Positions 1 through 12,581 are shown, counted from the stretch's first letter. The stretch is DNA of 42,624 nt from an uncultured Phycisphaerales bacterium (GCA_903845195.1 CAIMWO010000093.1:1-42624), one strand, 5' to 3'. A program made the numbers and translations. Notes: a model not told the origin generated them from the sequence alone.

Positions 1-270
1 CGGCGCCTTCACGTCCAACGCCCCGAAGTACGGATCGCCGCCCTCCATCATGATTCGCGTCGAGACGATGCGCGTGCGCAAATCCGCCCCCGGATACTTG
101 CTCAGATCCTTGCAACTCTGCAAAAACGCAAACAACGCCACGAGCGCCGCCAGCAACAACGCCACCTTCTCCAGCGGCGACGATTCTCCCGGCTTACTCC
201 CCACCAACGCCTCGTATAGCGCATCACAGGGGTTCTTCTTATCGCGCAAAATCATCGGACTCTCGTTCAT
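1..270 (-). CDS. N-terminal part of a hypothetical membrane protein. The gene runs off the window start; its ATG is at 270..268.
   Basis: Manual minus-strand translation from 270 gives MNESPMILRDKKNPCDALYEALVGSKPGESSPLEKVALLLAALVALFAFLQSCKDLSKYPGADLRTRIVSTRIMMEGGDPYFGALDVKAP, which has a hydrophobic TM-like stretch. A GGGAGA Shine-Dalgarno sits 7 nt upstream. The ATG overlaps the TGA of the upstream fucosyltransferase-like gene (TGATG), suggesting translational coupling. It is absent from the ORF track because no stop falls inside the window. Confidence 0.5.
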   Translation of the reverse strand, partial: MNESPMILRDKKNPCDALYEALVGSKPGESSPLEKVALLLAALVALFAFLQSCKDLSKYPGADLRTRIVSTRIMMEGGDPYFGALDVKAP

Positions 271-1547
271 CAACGATTATCTCCCGCAGTCTGCAGCGTG
301 ATCGGCCGCTTCTGGTCCAGCAGGGACATATCTTCCGTCAAATGATGAAAATAGCCAAAGAGGTTCAGGTGCGTGCGAATAAACTCTTTCTGACGCTTCA
401 ACACCGGCAGCCGCCGCTCATACTCCTCCCGCCAGTTGTTCCAATCCACCTTCTCAACATCCGCCGACAATAGATAGGAACCCGGTACCGCATATACGTC
501 AATGTTGGGCGCACCATCGTAAATCGGCACGGCGTTGCACAGGATCGCATCGCAGAATTTCTCGGTGATGTAGTCATCCGCCACCGCCCGCTCCAGCGCC
601 AGATAAAAGCAATGCTCTTGAATCCCCAGGTACTTGTCATTGCCCACATCGCTTCCCGAGGTCTTGTGATATCCCCCCAGCGCCCGCCCCGACAGCTTCC
701 CGAAAATATCCACGCCCCCGATGCGCTTGGCCAGATCCGCGATCATCTCCGCCCGCCACACGTACTGCCCGTTGTCCACCACCGAACACTTCGCCTTCTT
801 CACCGCCTCCACCGGCGGCACCCACAAGCACAGCGTCGGCGAATAACGAATGTAATTCGCATCGTCCCCCGCCTGTGGCCCCTGCACGAAACTGAAACAC
901 TCCGGCAATCTCGGATGCCGCGATTCCTTCTCCCCCGAAAGCAGAAACATCTGCCCCTTCAACGCCGCAAAACTCTCGCGGATCGTTCGCTCCTCCAGGT
1001 ACACGCCCACAACAAAATCGCTCGCCTCGCTCGGCGAAATCCGCTCGTGCTCCGGCAACGCCCACGGCAAAATGTACCGCTCCAAAAATCCCCGGTCGTG
1101 TGTGTATTGAAACACCCAGCGGATCGTCTTCTTCCCCATCCGAATGCCGATGCTGTTCTGCAGCAAAAACTCCGGCGAATAAACCGCCGGCTGCGGACGC
1201 TTCTTCGGGAACATCGCATACTTGATGGACCGCACCATCCCGCTCAGCGGGCTCCGCTTCCGCTCGATCAGCCACGCCTCGCCTCCCTTTTCCTGAGACG
1301 CCGTCAAATCCACCCCGCGAAACTTCCCGCGCCCCGCTTTCTCAAACTCCACCGTGCGCTGCCCATTGCGATGTCGCAGCACCAACTTGCCCCCCTCGAT
1401 CTCCCACGCATGTTCATGAATCGACGGTGCCCCCTCCAGCCGATGATCCGCCCGCAACGTCATCCGCGCTGCCGACCGCCCGCCGCACGAATAGCGAAAC
1501 CGCCGCCCCGCCACCTGCTCCTCGCGTATCGCCTCGCCCTGCGTCAT
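270..1547 (-). CDS. Glycosyltransferase family 10 (alpha-1,3-fucosyltransferase)-like protein. The likely start is the internal Met (MTQGEAIREE), not the ORF-track start at 1658.
   Basis: The C-terminal region HCFYLALERAVADDYITEKFCDAILCNAVPIYDG resembles the conserved alpha-1,3-FucT motif (FYLAFENS...DY[VI]TEK). The proposed start leaves an 8-nt gap to the upstream methyltransferase stop. GC3 bias is consistent with coding. Confidence 0.6.
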   Translation of the reverse strand: MTQGEAIREEQVAGRRFRYSCGGRSAARMTLRADHRLEGAPSIHEHAWEIEGGKLVLRHRNGQRTVEFEKAGRGKFRGVDLTASQEKGGEAWLIERKRSPLSGMVRSIKYAMFPKKRPQPAVYSPEFLLQNSIGIRMGKKTIRWVFQYTHDRGFLERYILPWALPEHERISPSEASDFVVGVYLEERTIRESFAALKGQMFLLSGEKESRHPRLPECFSFVQGPQAGDDANYIRYSPTLCLWVPPVEAVKKAKCSVVDNGQYVWRAEMIADLAKRIGGVDIFGKLSGRALGGYHKTSGSDVGNDKYLGIQEHCFYLALERAVADDYITEKFCDAILCNAVPIYDGAPNIDVYAVPGSYLLSADVEKVDWNNWREEYERRLPVLKRQKEFIRTHLNLFGYFHHLTEDMSLLDQKRPITLQTAGDNR

Positions 1548-1554
1548 CAGCCCC

Positions 1555-2199
1555 TCATTTCTCACAACCGGTGATACAAACCGTAGTACGCAACTTCCCC
1601 GACGGCAACACCTTGTTCTGCACGACAAACGTCGGCCCGACCTCCGGCCGCTTGGCATCGAAATCGTGGAACAGCAGGTATCCGCCCACCTTCACCCGCG
1701 GCGAAAAATTCTCGAAATCAAACGCACACCCCTCTTGCGAATGATCCCCATCGATAAACAACAGATCCAGCTCCGGCACCTTCCCCACAAACGCCTGCGA
1801 GTACCCCTGCAAAATATCAATCTTCCCCAACACGCCGCGCGATTGCATGTTCTCCTTGAACTCCTCCACCAGCGGCCGCTGCCCCTTCTGCTTCGCATAA
1901 ATATCGCGCGACTCAACCTCCCCCGCCGCATCAAACGGATCGATCACATACACCCGCCCCTCTCGCAATCCCGACGCCAAACAATACGTGCTCTTCCCCT
2001 TCCAGCATCCGATCTCCAGGATATTCGCGCCAGCCGTCCCCGCGGCCCTTCCCGATACCCGCGACGCCAGCCGACACAACGCCGCCGCTTCGCTCTTCTC
2101 CAGCCACCCGTCGATCTGCTCGTAACTGCCGATCCGCTGCAAAATCGAGCGATCCGCGATCTTGCGATACACCTTCCGCATTTCCCGAACCAAACTCAT
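1555..2199 (-). CDS. Class I SAM-dependent methyltransferase of the TylF/MycF/CmcI (Methyltransf_24) sugar O-methyltransferase type.
   Basis: Contains LEIGCWKGKSTYCLASGL (a glycine-rich SAM-binding loop) and LLFIDGDHS...GGYLLFHD motifs typical of this family. It is co-directional with and immediately upstream of the fucosyltransferase-like gene. Confidence 0.75.
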   Translation of the reverse strand: MSLVREMRKVYRKIADRSILQRIGSYEQIDGWLEKSEAAALCRLASRVSGRAAGTAGANILEIGCWKGKSTYCLASGLREGRVYVIDPFDAAGEVESRDIYAKQKGQRPLVEEFKENMQSRGVLGKIDILQGYSQAFVGKVPELDLLFIDGDHSQEGCAFDFENFSPRVKVGGYLLFHDFDAKRPEVGPTFVVQNKVLPSGKLRTTVCITGCEK

Positions 2200-2353
2200 C
2201 GATACCCCTTGGCGTTCCTCGGCGGCTCATCGGCGTCGCCTTCGTGTCTTCGCGACTTCGTGGTTAAGATGCCATCACGCGCGTCATGGTAGTCTCTACC
2301 AGCAGCCTCGCATACTATCACGCTTGCCCATTCCCGGCACGCAGGATTAAAGC

Positions 2354-3304
2354 ATGACCCTCTCCATCCTGATCCCTACCCACAACCGCAGCGAGCTTCT
2401 GGCCCGCACGCTCGAAAGTCTCCGCGCCGTGACGCTGCCCCCGTCCGGCCCCGTCGGTCTGGAAATCGTCGTCATCGCTAACGCCTGCACCGACCAAACC
2501 CGCGCCCTCGTCGACCAAATCGCCCCCACCATGCCCATCCCCACGCGCTGCGTCGATGAGCCCACCGTCGGCCTCAACCCCGCACGCAATCGTGCCCTGT
2601 CCGAAGCCCGTGGCGAGATCCTCGCCTTCCTTGATGATGACGTCTGGGTCGAATCCCCCTGGCTCATCGAACTGCTCGCGCTCTTCGACACCCAGCCCGC
2701 CGACATCGTCGCCGGCACCGTCAACCTCTGGTGGGAAGCCGTCGAACGCCCCGCCTGGCTCGATACCCGCAGCGCCCATCTGCTCAGTTGCGTCAACTAC
2801 GGCGATCAGATCATCGAGCTGACCAAGCCCGGCCAGGCCGTCGGCGCCAATTTCGCCTTCCGCCGCCGCGTGACCGGTCACATCGGCGGTTTCACCGTCG
2901 GCCTCGACCGCACCGGCGACACGACACTCGCCGGCGGCGACACCGACTTCCTCGCCCGCGCCCTCGACGCCGGCTACCGCATGTTTTACGCCCCCCGCGC
3001 CGTCGTCAAACACTGGGTCTCCCCCCAGCGCATCACCCCCGAATACCTCGGCCGCGTCGCCTACGCCAACGGCCTCGCCCGCGCCTTCCTCCGCAAAAAC
3101 TTTTCCGTCCCCCGCGCCCTCCGCACCTTCATCGAGCACGGTTTCCGTCTCGCCGTCTACAACGCGGTAGGGGGGCTCACCGCCATTTTCGGCCTCCAAA
3201 AAGCCCACATCCACAACCGCATCCGCCTCATGACCAGCCGCGGCAACCTCACCGGCGCATACCGCCGCCTCCGCAACCGCTCCCCCTCCGGCGCACTGCG
3301 ATGA
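2354..3304 (+). CDS. Glycosyltransferase family 2.
   Basis: N-terminus LSILIPTHNRSELLARTLESL and a downstream DDD motif (AFLDDDVWV) form a classic GT-A fold signature. An AGGA RBS lies 9 nt upstream. It is divergent from the methyltransferase/fucosyltransferase operon. Confidence 0.85.
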   Translation: MTLSILIPTHNRSELLARTLESLRAVTLPPSGPVGLEIVVIANACTDQTRALVDQIAPTMPIPTRCVDEPTVGLNPARNRALSEARGEILAFLDDDVWVESPWLIELLALFDTQPADIVAGTVNLWWEAVERPAWLDTRSAHLLSCVNYGDQIIELTKPGQAVGANFAFRRRVTGHIGGFTVGLDRTGDTTLAGGDTDFLARALDAGYRMFYAPRAVVKHWVSPQRITPEYLGRVAYANGLARAFLRKNFSVPRALRTFIEHGFRLAVYNAVGGLTAIFGLQKAHIHNRIRLMTSRGNLTGAYRRLRNRSPSGALR

Positions 3305-3322
3305 GTCTGTTTCACCACCAAG

Positions 3323-3402
3323 ACACCAAGGCACCAAGACGACGAACTGCTACCACCGAGACGCCAACAGTTCTCTACAGAAAAATCTTGGTGCCTTGGT
3401 GG
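3323..3402. terminator. Long hairpin between convergent genes. A 16-bp stem (caccaaggcaccaaga / tcttggtgccttggtg) encloses a ~48-nt loop.
   Basis: A perfect inverted repeat is seen directly in the sequence, located between the GT2 stop (3304) and the exonuclease-BRCT stop (3420). Confidence 0.5.
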
Positions 3403-3419
3403 TAGAAATCCCCCGCGCC

Positions 3420-7218
<3,799 letters not shown>

Positions 7219-7270
7219 TCATTGCGTCATTGAGCATTGCGTCCTTCCCCATTCTCCCTAAGATGCCCGC

Positions 7271-8548
7271 ATGAACGCCGATTCGCCAACCAATCCGCCG
7301 ACCGAAGGCGGGTGCCATGCCCAGTGGGGCAGGGGCCCCGCTGGGCATGGCACCCTCGCCATCCTCCTCGGCACACTCCTGCTCCTCGTCGGCCTGCGCA
7401 TCTGGCTCACCGCCCGCATCGCCTTCGCCCCCGGCCAGGAAACCGAATCCGCCACCCTCGTCTTCCTCCGCACCCTCGACGCCTACACCGGCTGGGCCGC
7501 CCTCCTCATCCTCTCTCTTGTCGGGTGCCATGCCCAGCGGGGCAGGGGCCCCGGTAGGCATGCGTCGCGCGTCCGCAATGCCCTCATTCCCCTCTCCCTC
7601 CTCGCCGGCATCCTCGCCCTCACCGCCTCGATCTTCCTCTCCGACGTCGTCACCCGCTCCCAACTTGAAATTGCCCTCGCCTTCTGGCTCGCCCTCTGCG
7701 GACTGTTCCTCATTATCCGCCAACTCGTCGCGCTCGCCGCCCACTTCTCCACCGGCCTGAACATCGAACAGCTCTGGCGACTCATCGCCGCCCAATGGAT
7801 ACTCGTCTGGCTCGCCGCCGAAATCTTCCTCCGCATCAAACTCCGCGGCGAAGGCGTCACCGCCAATGAATCCGCGCGCAACATCCTCTTCCTCCTCCCC
7901 ACCGCCTGCGTCCTGCCCAACATCCTCATGGCCCTCGGCATCCGCTGGTGGATCGCCCTCCGCCCTGCGACTCCCCCTCAACCCGCCCCCCACGTCCGCG
8001 CCTGGCTCCTCGCCATGCTCCTGCTCAACCTCGGCGCCGTACTCCTCATGATCCCCCTGCCCTGGCTCGGCATCCCCGGCGCCGCCCTCATGATCGCCGC
8101 CACCCTCCTCTACCTCGCCGGCTTCCGCCGCCCCGGTCTCTGGACCACCCTCGCCTGGACCTCATTCATCCTCGCCCTCCTTCTCCTCGCCGGCCAGCGC
8201 CTCATGCAACTCCACGACACTCCCATTCGCAACGTCTACTCCGCCGCCTGGCGCTATCTCCTCACCGACGGCCTCCTCCTCACCTGGCTTCTCTCCCGCG
8301 GCCTCCACCACCTCCGCACCCACCTCGCCCCCAACCTCCAGATGCGCACCCTCACCCGCCTCATCGCCTTCCTTCTCATCCTCGGAATCCTCACCACCCT
8401 CCTCACACTCCTCGCCGCGATCTCCCACAGCGACGCCCTCCCCTATCTCCTCTACGGCACAATTCCAGAAGCCGCCGCCCTCCTCCTCGCCACCGCAGTA
8501 ACCCTCCGCACCACCCACCTCCTCCGCCACTCAAAAATTGAAAACTGA
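7271..8548 (+). CDS. Polytopic integral membrane protein of unknown function. The start is uncertain.
   Basis: A 425-aa ORF with many hydrophobic TM-like segments and consistent GC3 bias. Its 5' region contains two in-frame copies of the REP-like palindrome, encoded as GCHAQWGRGPAGHG and GCHAQRGRGPGRHA. There is no alternative in-frame ATG/GTG downstream of the repeats before residue ~215. Confidence 0.6.
   Translation: MNADSPTNPPTEGGCHAQWGRGPAGHGTLAILLGTLLLLVGLRIWLTARIAFAPGQETESATLVFLRTLDAYTGWAALLILSLVGCHAQRGRGPGRHASRVRNALIPLSLLAGILALTASIFLSDVVTRSQLEIALAFWLALCGLFLIIRQLVALAAHFSTGLNIEQLWRLIAAQWILVWLAAEIFLRIKLRGEGVTANESARNILFLLPTACVLPNILMALGIRWWIALRPATPPQPAPHVRAWLLAMLLLNLGAVLLMIPLPWLGIPGAALMIAATLLYLAGFRRPGLWTTLAWTSFILALLLLAGQRLMQLHDTPIRNVYSAAWRYLLTDGLLLTWLLSRGLHHLRTHLAPNLQMRTLTRLIAFLLILGILTTLLTLLAAISHSDALPYLLYGTIPEAAALLLATAVTLRTTHLLRHSKIEN
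7310..7355. repeat. REP-like palindromic element, copy A (gggtgccatgcccagtggggcaggggccccgctgggcatggcaccc).
   Basis: A near-perfect ~20-bp-stem inverted repeat seen directly. The same sequence recurs at 7523, 12672 and 14804. Confidence 0.85.
7523..7568. repeat. REP-like palindromic element, copy A' (degenerate right arm ...ccccggtaggcatgcgtcgc).
   Basis: The left arm matches the family consensus while the right arm is diverged. It shares the ggcatgcgtcgc tail with the partial copy at 15524. Confidence 0.75.
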
Positions 8549-8560
8549 AAACTGAAAATT
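8533..8560. repeat. A-rich heptad repeat (caaaaattgaaaactgaaaactgaaaatt) overlapping the stop codon of the membrane-protein gene.
   Basis: Tandem TGAAAAY units in an otherwise GC-rich genome. The gene's TGA stop (8546-8548) lies inside the repeat. Similar elements occur at 12155, 20681, 22899, 28423 and 28711. Confidence 0.8.
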
Positions 8561-8682
8561 ACCGGATCACCCAATCCTCATGCGGATTACGCTCAATACA
8601 CGCGCCGCCCCCCATTCATCGTTCATCGTTCTACATTCATCATTTACCTCCCGCCAGCGCGTAAATGAAGCGGAAACGCGCC

Positions 8683-9615
8683 TCACATCCTCACCACCCC
8701 CACCCTCTGCACCATCTTCACCGTCTCCCCCGCCGCCACCTTCACCGCATCCGCCCCCACATTGCACGTCTCCACGCAGATCATCCCCGGCCATTCCTCA
8801 TCACCAAAATCCGCCATCGCCTTCGACTTGGCCACCCACGGATTCCACACCACCGTATTCGTCGACCCCTCCTTCGCCACCACGATCCGCCGCATCTTGT
8901 CCGGGTCTTCAATCGTCACCGTCCCCGTCGTCCCCACATACACCCGGTCCGTCTCCGCCGTAATCGTCACCGCCCCCTCCTGCGTCTTGACCTTCGATCC
9001 ATCCATCTTGTCCACGTATTTCACCCCCTCCAGCCCCGTCAGTTTTACCCGCTTCACATCCGCCACCGTAAAATACGTGTGCAGCGCTTCCTGATACGCC
9101 ATCGCCTCGCGCCCCGTATTCGTCAATTCCAAACTCATCACGAGCTCCCGCCCGATCGTCACCCGATGCCGCAGCACATACTCCCCCGGCCACTGCTTGC
9201 GCGTCTGATCATCGCTCTTCGTGCTCAGCACCACCGTCACCCCCTCATCCTCCTGCGTCACCGCCTCCAACGTCCACGGCATCAAACGCACAAACCCATG
9301 CCCCGGCGCCGCCTTGTCATCCGCCTTCGGCCCAAACCACGGAAAACAGACGGGCACCCCACCCCGCACCGGCTTCCCATCCGCCCAATAACTCTTCTGA
9401 CTCACCCACAGCACCTCATCCTGCCCCTTCGGACGCCACTCGGCCACATGCCCCCCATGCAGATACACCAACCCCTGCGCCTCCCCCGTCTCGACACGCA
9501 CCGCCGCCAACCCCCCGAGTCCCGCCACCACCTGCACCACTCCCGCAATCCCAAACTTCGTATTCAACATTTCAATCGTGCTCATCATGCCATCCCAAAA
9601 ATAATTTAGAGACAC
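8683..9615 (-). CDS. Aldose 1-epimerase family protein, YeaD-like D-hexose-6-phosphate mutarotase.
   Basis: The motif GGVPVCFPWFG and overall length fit the YeaD / glucose-6-phosphate 1-epimerase family. Confidence 0.75.
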   Translation of the reverse strand: MSLNYFWDGMMSTIEMLNTKFGIAGVVQVVAGLGGLAAVRVETGEAQGLVYLHGGHVAEWRPKGQDEVLWVSQKSYWADGKPVRGGVPVCFPWFGPKADDKAAPGHGFVRLMPWTLEAVTQEDEGVTVVLSTKSDDQTRKQWPGEYVLRHRVTIGRELVMSLELTNTGREAMAYQEALHTYFTVADVKRVKLTGLEGVKYVDKMDGSKVKTQEGAVTITAETDRVYVGTTGTVTIEDPDKMRRIVVAKEGSTNTVVWNPWVAKSKAMADFGDEEWPGMICVETCNVGADAVKVAAGETVKMVQRVGVVRM

Positions 9616-9632
9616 AAACTAGATCGACTTTT

Positions 9633-9703
9633 CTCACAGAGGACTCAGAGAACACAGAGAAATTCAGTATCTTCGCCTCTGTGCTCTCTGTGTCCTCTGT
9701 GAG
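9633..9703. terminator. Long imperfect hairpin. A ~27-bp stem (ctcacagaggactcagagaacacagag / ctctgtgctctctgtgtcctctgtgag) encloses a 17-nt loop.
   Basis: Inverted repeat seen directly. It lies downstream of the NDH-2 gene (minus strand) and upstream of the epimerase start, acting as a terminator and/or regulatory hairpin. Confidence 0.55.
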
Positions 9704-9797
9704 AACCCATTAGCCTCTTGATCTTGGCGCCACGCGCCGCAATCACCCAATTATGCCCCCTCCCGCCCCCCTCCGCCACGTTTCCCGCTTCGCCCAT

Positions 9798-11279
9798 TCA
9801 TCTTCCGCCTCTCTCCCCTTCGTTCCCTGATGCCTTGGTGTTGAATCCCCCCTCGTTCGCCCGCAGCTTCGCCGTCGGATGCTCCGTCCCAAACAGATCC
9901 AACTTCACAATGTCATTCCGAAACAGAATCGCCACCGTCCAATCCATGATCACGCGCAGCCGCCGTTCCCACCGCATCATCTGCATCACGTAATACGTCC
10001 GCCACACCCACCACGCCAGCAGCCCGTACACCTTCACGCCCAGCAGCTTTCCCACCCCGTCATAATGCCCCAGCGACGCCATCGTCCCCAGCGTTTCATA
10101 CCGAAACGCCTGCAACTCCGCATCGCGTCCGCCGCGCTCCACGACAGCCGCAATATTCTTCGCCAGCACCTTCGCCTCGCGCAGCGCGTGCTGCGCCAGC
10201 GGCGGATACGGCTTCCCCTGGGCATCCGGAATCACCGCGCAATCCCCCAGCGCCCACACCTCCGGCCGCGACTTCACCCGCATCGACCCCTCCACCATCG
10301 CCCGCCCATTCCGCGCCTTCTCCAGCGGCAACTCCCCCAGCAACGGATTCGCCCCCAACCCCGCCGCCAGCAAAATCGTCTCACTCTCAATCCCCGTCTC
10401 TTCCCCCGCTCCGTCATTTCGCGTTTCGCCTTTCATGTTTCGCGTTTCCACCACCACTTTCCCCGCCTCAATCCGCTTCACCGGCGTATTCGTCAGAATC
10501 GACACGCCCCGCTTCCACAAAACCTCCGCCGCATATTCCGCCATGTCCCGCTCCATCTCCGGCAGCACCTTGTCGCTCGCTTCCACCAGCACAAACCGCA
10601 ACCACTCCCGGCTGATCCGCGGATAGCTCCGCAACAAATTATCCGTAAACTCCGTCAGCTCGCCCATCAACTCCACGCCCACCAGCCCCGCACCAATCAC
10701 CACAAACGTCAGCAACTTCTTCCGCCGCTCCGGGTCCTCCTCCACATCCGCCTGCTCGAACAAATCGATGATCCGGTTCCGCAGAAAAATCGCATCCCGC
10801 AGTGTCTTGAATCCCAGCGCATGCTCGCTCCCCGGTATCAATTTCCGGTTCGTCACCCCGCCCAGCGCCAGCACCAGCTGGTCGTACTCCAATTCCCAAA
10901 TCCCCTCCCGCGGCCCATGTCGTGCCAAAATTTTCCGCCCCTCCAGATCGATCCGCTCCACCGTCGCCTCGACGAACCGCGCCTTCTTGAACAGCGGCCG
11001 GATCGGATTGACCGCGTGCCGCGGCTCCAGCACGCCGCTCCCCGCCTCAAACAGTAGGGGGGTCATCAAGAAATAATTCTCGCGCGATACCAACGTGATC
11101 TCCACCCCCGCATGCCTGCGGAAAATCCGGTCCAGATGATACGCCGTGTATATGCCTCCAAACCCGCCCCCCAGGATCAGCACCCGTTGCGCCTTCCGCG
11201 ACCGCTCCATTCGCGGCGCCCTGCGTTCCGCCTCAGCCCCAATGATCGAAGTCGTCTGAACCTCATTCCGAGCAGCCAT
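9798..11279 (-). CDS. ndh: Type II NADH dehydrogenase (NDH-2), a FAD/NAD-binding pyridine nucleotide-disulfide oxidoreductase. The true start is possibly the internal Met (MERSRKAQRVLILGGGFGG).
   Basis: N-terminal dinucleotide-binding motif RVLILGGGFGG, a second Rossmann VVIGAGLVGVE, and C-terminal amphipathic membrane-anchor helices. It carries an in-frame ETRNMKGETRNDG insert encoded by heptamer repeats at 10412-10448. Confidence 0.85.
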   Translation of the reverse strand: MAARNEVQTTSIIGAEAERRAPRMERSRKAQRVLILGGGFGGIYTAYHLDRIFRRHAGVEITLVSRENYFLMTPLLFEAGSGVLEPRHAVNPIRPLFKKARFVEATVERIDLEGRKILARHGPREGIWELEYDQLVLALGGVTNRKLIPGSEHALGFKTLRDAIFLRNRIIDLFEQADVEEDPERRKKLLTFVVIGAGLVGVELMGELTEFTDNLLRSYPRISREWLRFVLVEASDKVLPEMERDMAEYAAEVLWKRGVSILTNTPVKRIEAGKVVVETRNMKGETRNDGAGEETGIESETILLAAGLGANPLLGELPLEKARNGRAMVEGSMRVKSRPEVWALGDCAVIPDAQGKPYPPLAQHALREAKVLAKNIAAVVERGGRDAELQAFRYETLGTMASLGHYDGVGKLLGVKVYGLLAWWVWRTYYVMQMMRWERRLRVIMDWTVAILFRNDIVKLDLFGTEHPTAKLRANEGGFNTKASGNEGERGGR

Positions 11280-11503
11280 GACCCACTCCTTTACATCGTA
11301 CCTTTATTCACAATGTTACGCGTCGGCCCTCCCAAAGTCCGCACCTTCTTGTCCAGAATTCAAATATTCTAGCCTCGCCGCTACCCTCCAAAACCATCGA
11401 TTTCCCCCCAAATACCGGTTACAATGCTCCCGCCCGTGACGCAATCGCTTGGGTACGTACCCCTGTTCCTGCGTCTAACCGCTTTCCCGCACAGGAGTTA
11501 TCC

Positions 11504-11986
11504 ATGCAGGTCGCCAAGGACGCCGTCGTCTCTATCGATTACACCCTCACCGGCCCCGATGGCGCCGTCATCGACTCCAGCAGCGGACGCGAACCCCTCC
11601 CTTACCTCCACGGCGCCGGCAATATCATCCCCGGCCTCGAAAAAGCCCTCGAAGGTAAATCCGTTGGCGAAAACATCAAAGTCACCGTCTCTCCCGAAGA
11701 AGGCTACGGCCAGCTCGATCCCAAAGCCGTCCAGGCCGTCCCCAAGTCCGCCTTCCAGGGCGTCCCCGAAATCAAAATCGGCATGCAGTTCCGCTCCCAA
11801 GGCCAGCATGGCATGCAAGTCGTCACCGTCACCAAAATCGAAAACGACACCATCACCGTCGACGGCAACCACCCCCTCGCCGGTGTCACCCTCAACTTCG
11901 ATGTCACCATCAAAGAAATCCGCGCCGCCTCCAAGGAAGAACTCGATCACGGCCACGTCCACGGCGCCGGCGGCCACCACCACTGA
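11504..11986 (+). CDS. slyD: FKBP-type peptidyl-prolyl cis-trans isomerase SlyD with a His-rich C-terminal tail.
   Basis: An FKBP domain carrying an IF (insert-in-flap) chaperone domain, and a C-terminal tail HGHVHGAGGHHH. An AGGAG RBS lies upstream. Confidence 0.9.
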   Translation: MQVAKDAVVSIDYTLTGPDGAVIDSSSGREPLPYLHGAGNIIPGLEKALEGKSVGENIKVTVSPEEGYGQLDPKAVQAVPKSAFQGVPEIKIGMQFRSQGQHGMQVVTVTKIENDTITVDGNHPLAGVTLNFDVTIKEIRAASKEELDHGHVHGAGGHHH

Positions 11987-12154
11987 GATCGCGCGCGAGA
12001 AACCTCTACAACCGCGACCGTCAGGGAGCGCCAATCTCGCCGCCAACCATGTTGGATGGTTCGCCAGCTCTCAAGGCCCAAATTGCTTGAACCCTGAATA
12101 ATCGATAGGTCGCAATGCGCGCATAAAAAAAGCGCGAAGCATCACTTCCCGCCT

Positions 12155-12189
12155 TGAAAATTGATAATTGTAAATTGAAAATTGAAACT
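12155..12189. repeat. A-rich heptad repeat (ttgaaaattgataattgtaaattgaaaattgaaact) abutting the stop of atpC.
   Basis: Same family as the 8533 element. It sits in the convergent intergenic region between slyD and atpC. Confidence 0.8.
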
Positions 12190-12581
12190 CAGGCCAACAC
12201 TTGCCGCATCGCCTGCACCCGCGCCTGAATCGCCGCCCGCTTCTCCATCGCCGGCAGATCCGTCCCGGTGACCGTCTCCAACTTCGCCTCTTCCGCCGTG
12301 ATCAGCGCCGCCGTGATCTTGTCTTCCGGAATCGCTTCGTTCGTCAATATCGTCAGCACATCATCTTTCATCTGTGCATATCCGCCCGCCACCACATACC
12401 GCTGCGTCCCCTCCGCCCCGTCCAGCCGCAGCACGCCCGTCCCCAACTTCGCCAGCAGCGGCGCCCGCTGATGCATAATCCCCACCAACCCATCAAATGC
12501 CGGCACCTGCGCACCGGTCACGTCCGCCTCAAACAGGATCGATTCTGGGGTAATCACGCTGGCTTTAAACGCTGTGGCCAT
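12189..12581 (-). CDS. atpC: F0F1 ATP synthase epsilon subunit, orphan (no other atp genes adjacent).
   Basis: N-terminal beta-sandwich motifs (VITPE, PAFDG..GIM..RAPLL, AGGYAQMKDDVLTILT) and a C-terminal helical hairpin. The upstream neighbour is a 2-hydroxyacid dehydrogenase, not atpD. Confidence 0.8.
   Translation of the reverse strand: MATAFKASVITPESILFEADVTGAQVPAFDGLVGIMHQRAPLLAKLGTGVLRLDGAEGTQRYVVAGGYAQMKDDVLTILTNEAIPEDKITAALITAEEAKLETVTGTDLPAMEKRAAIQARVQAMRQVLA

Noticed and set aside
2731-3405. 224-aa R/P-rich ORF overlapping GT2 in another frame. The same applies to the 612-1574, 1666-2292 and 2318-3337 ORFs.
   Set aside because: These are alternative-frame or antisense readings of real genes. 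They have low-complexity Arg/Pro-rich composition.
11112-11372. 86-aa ORF upstream of slyD.
   Set aside because: It overlaps the ndh start region on the opposite strand. It looks like promoter or leader sequence rather than a gene.
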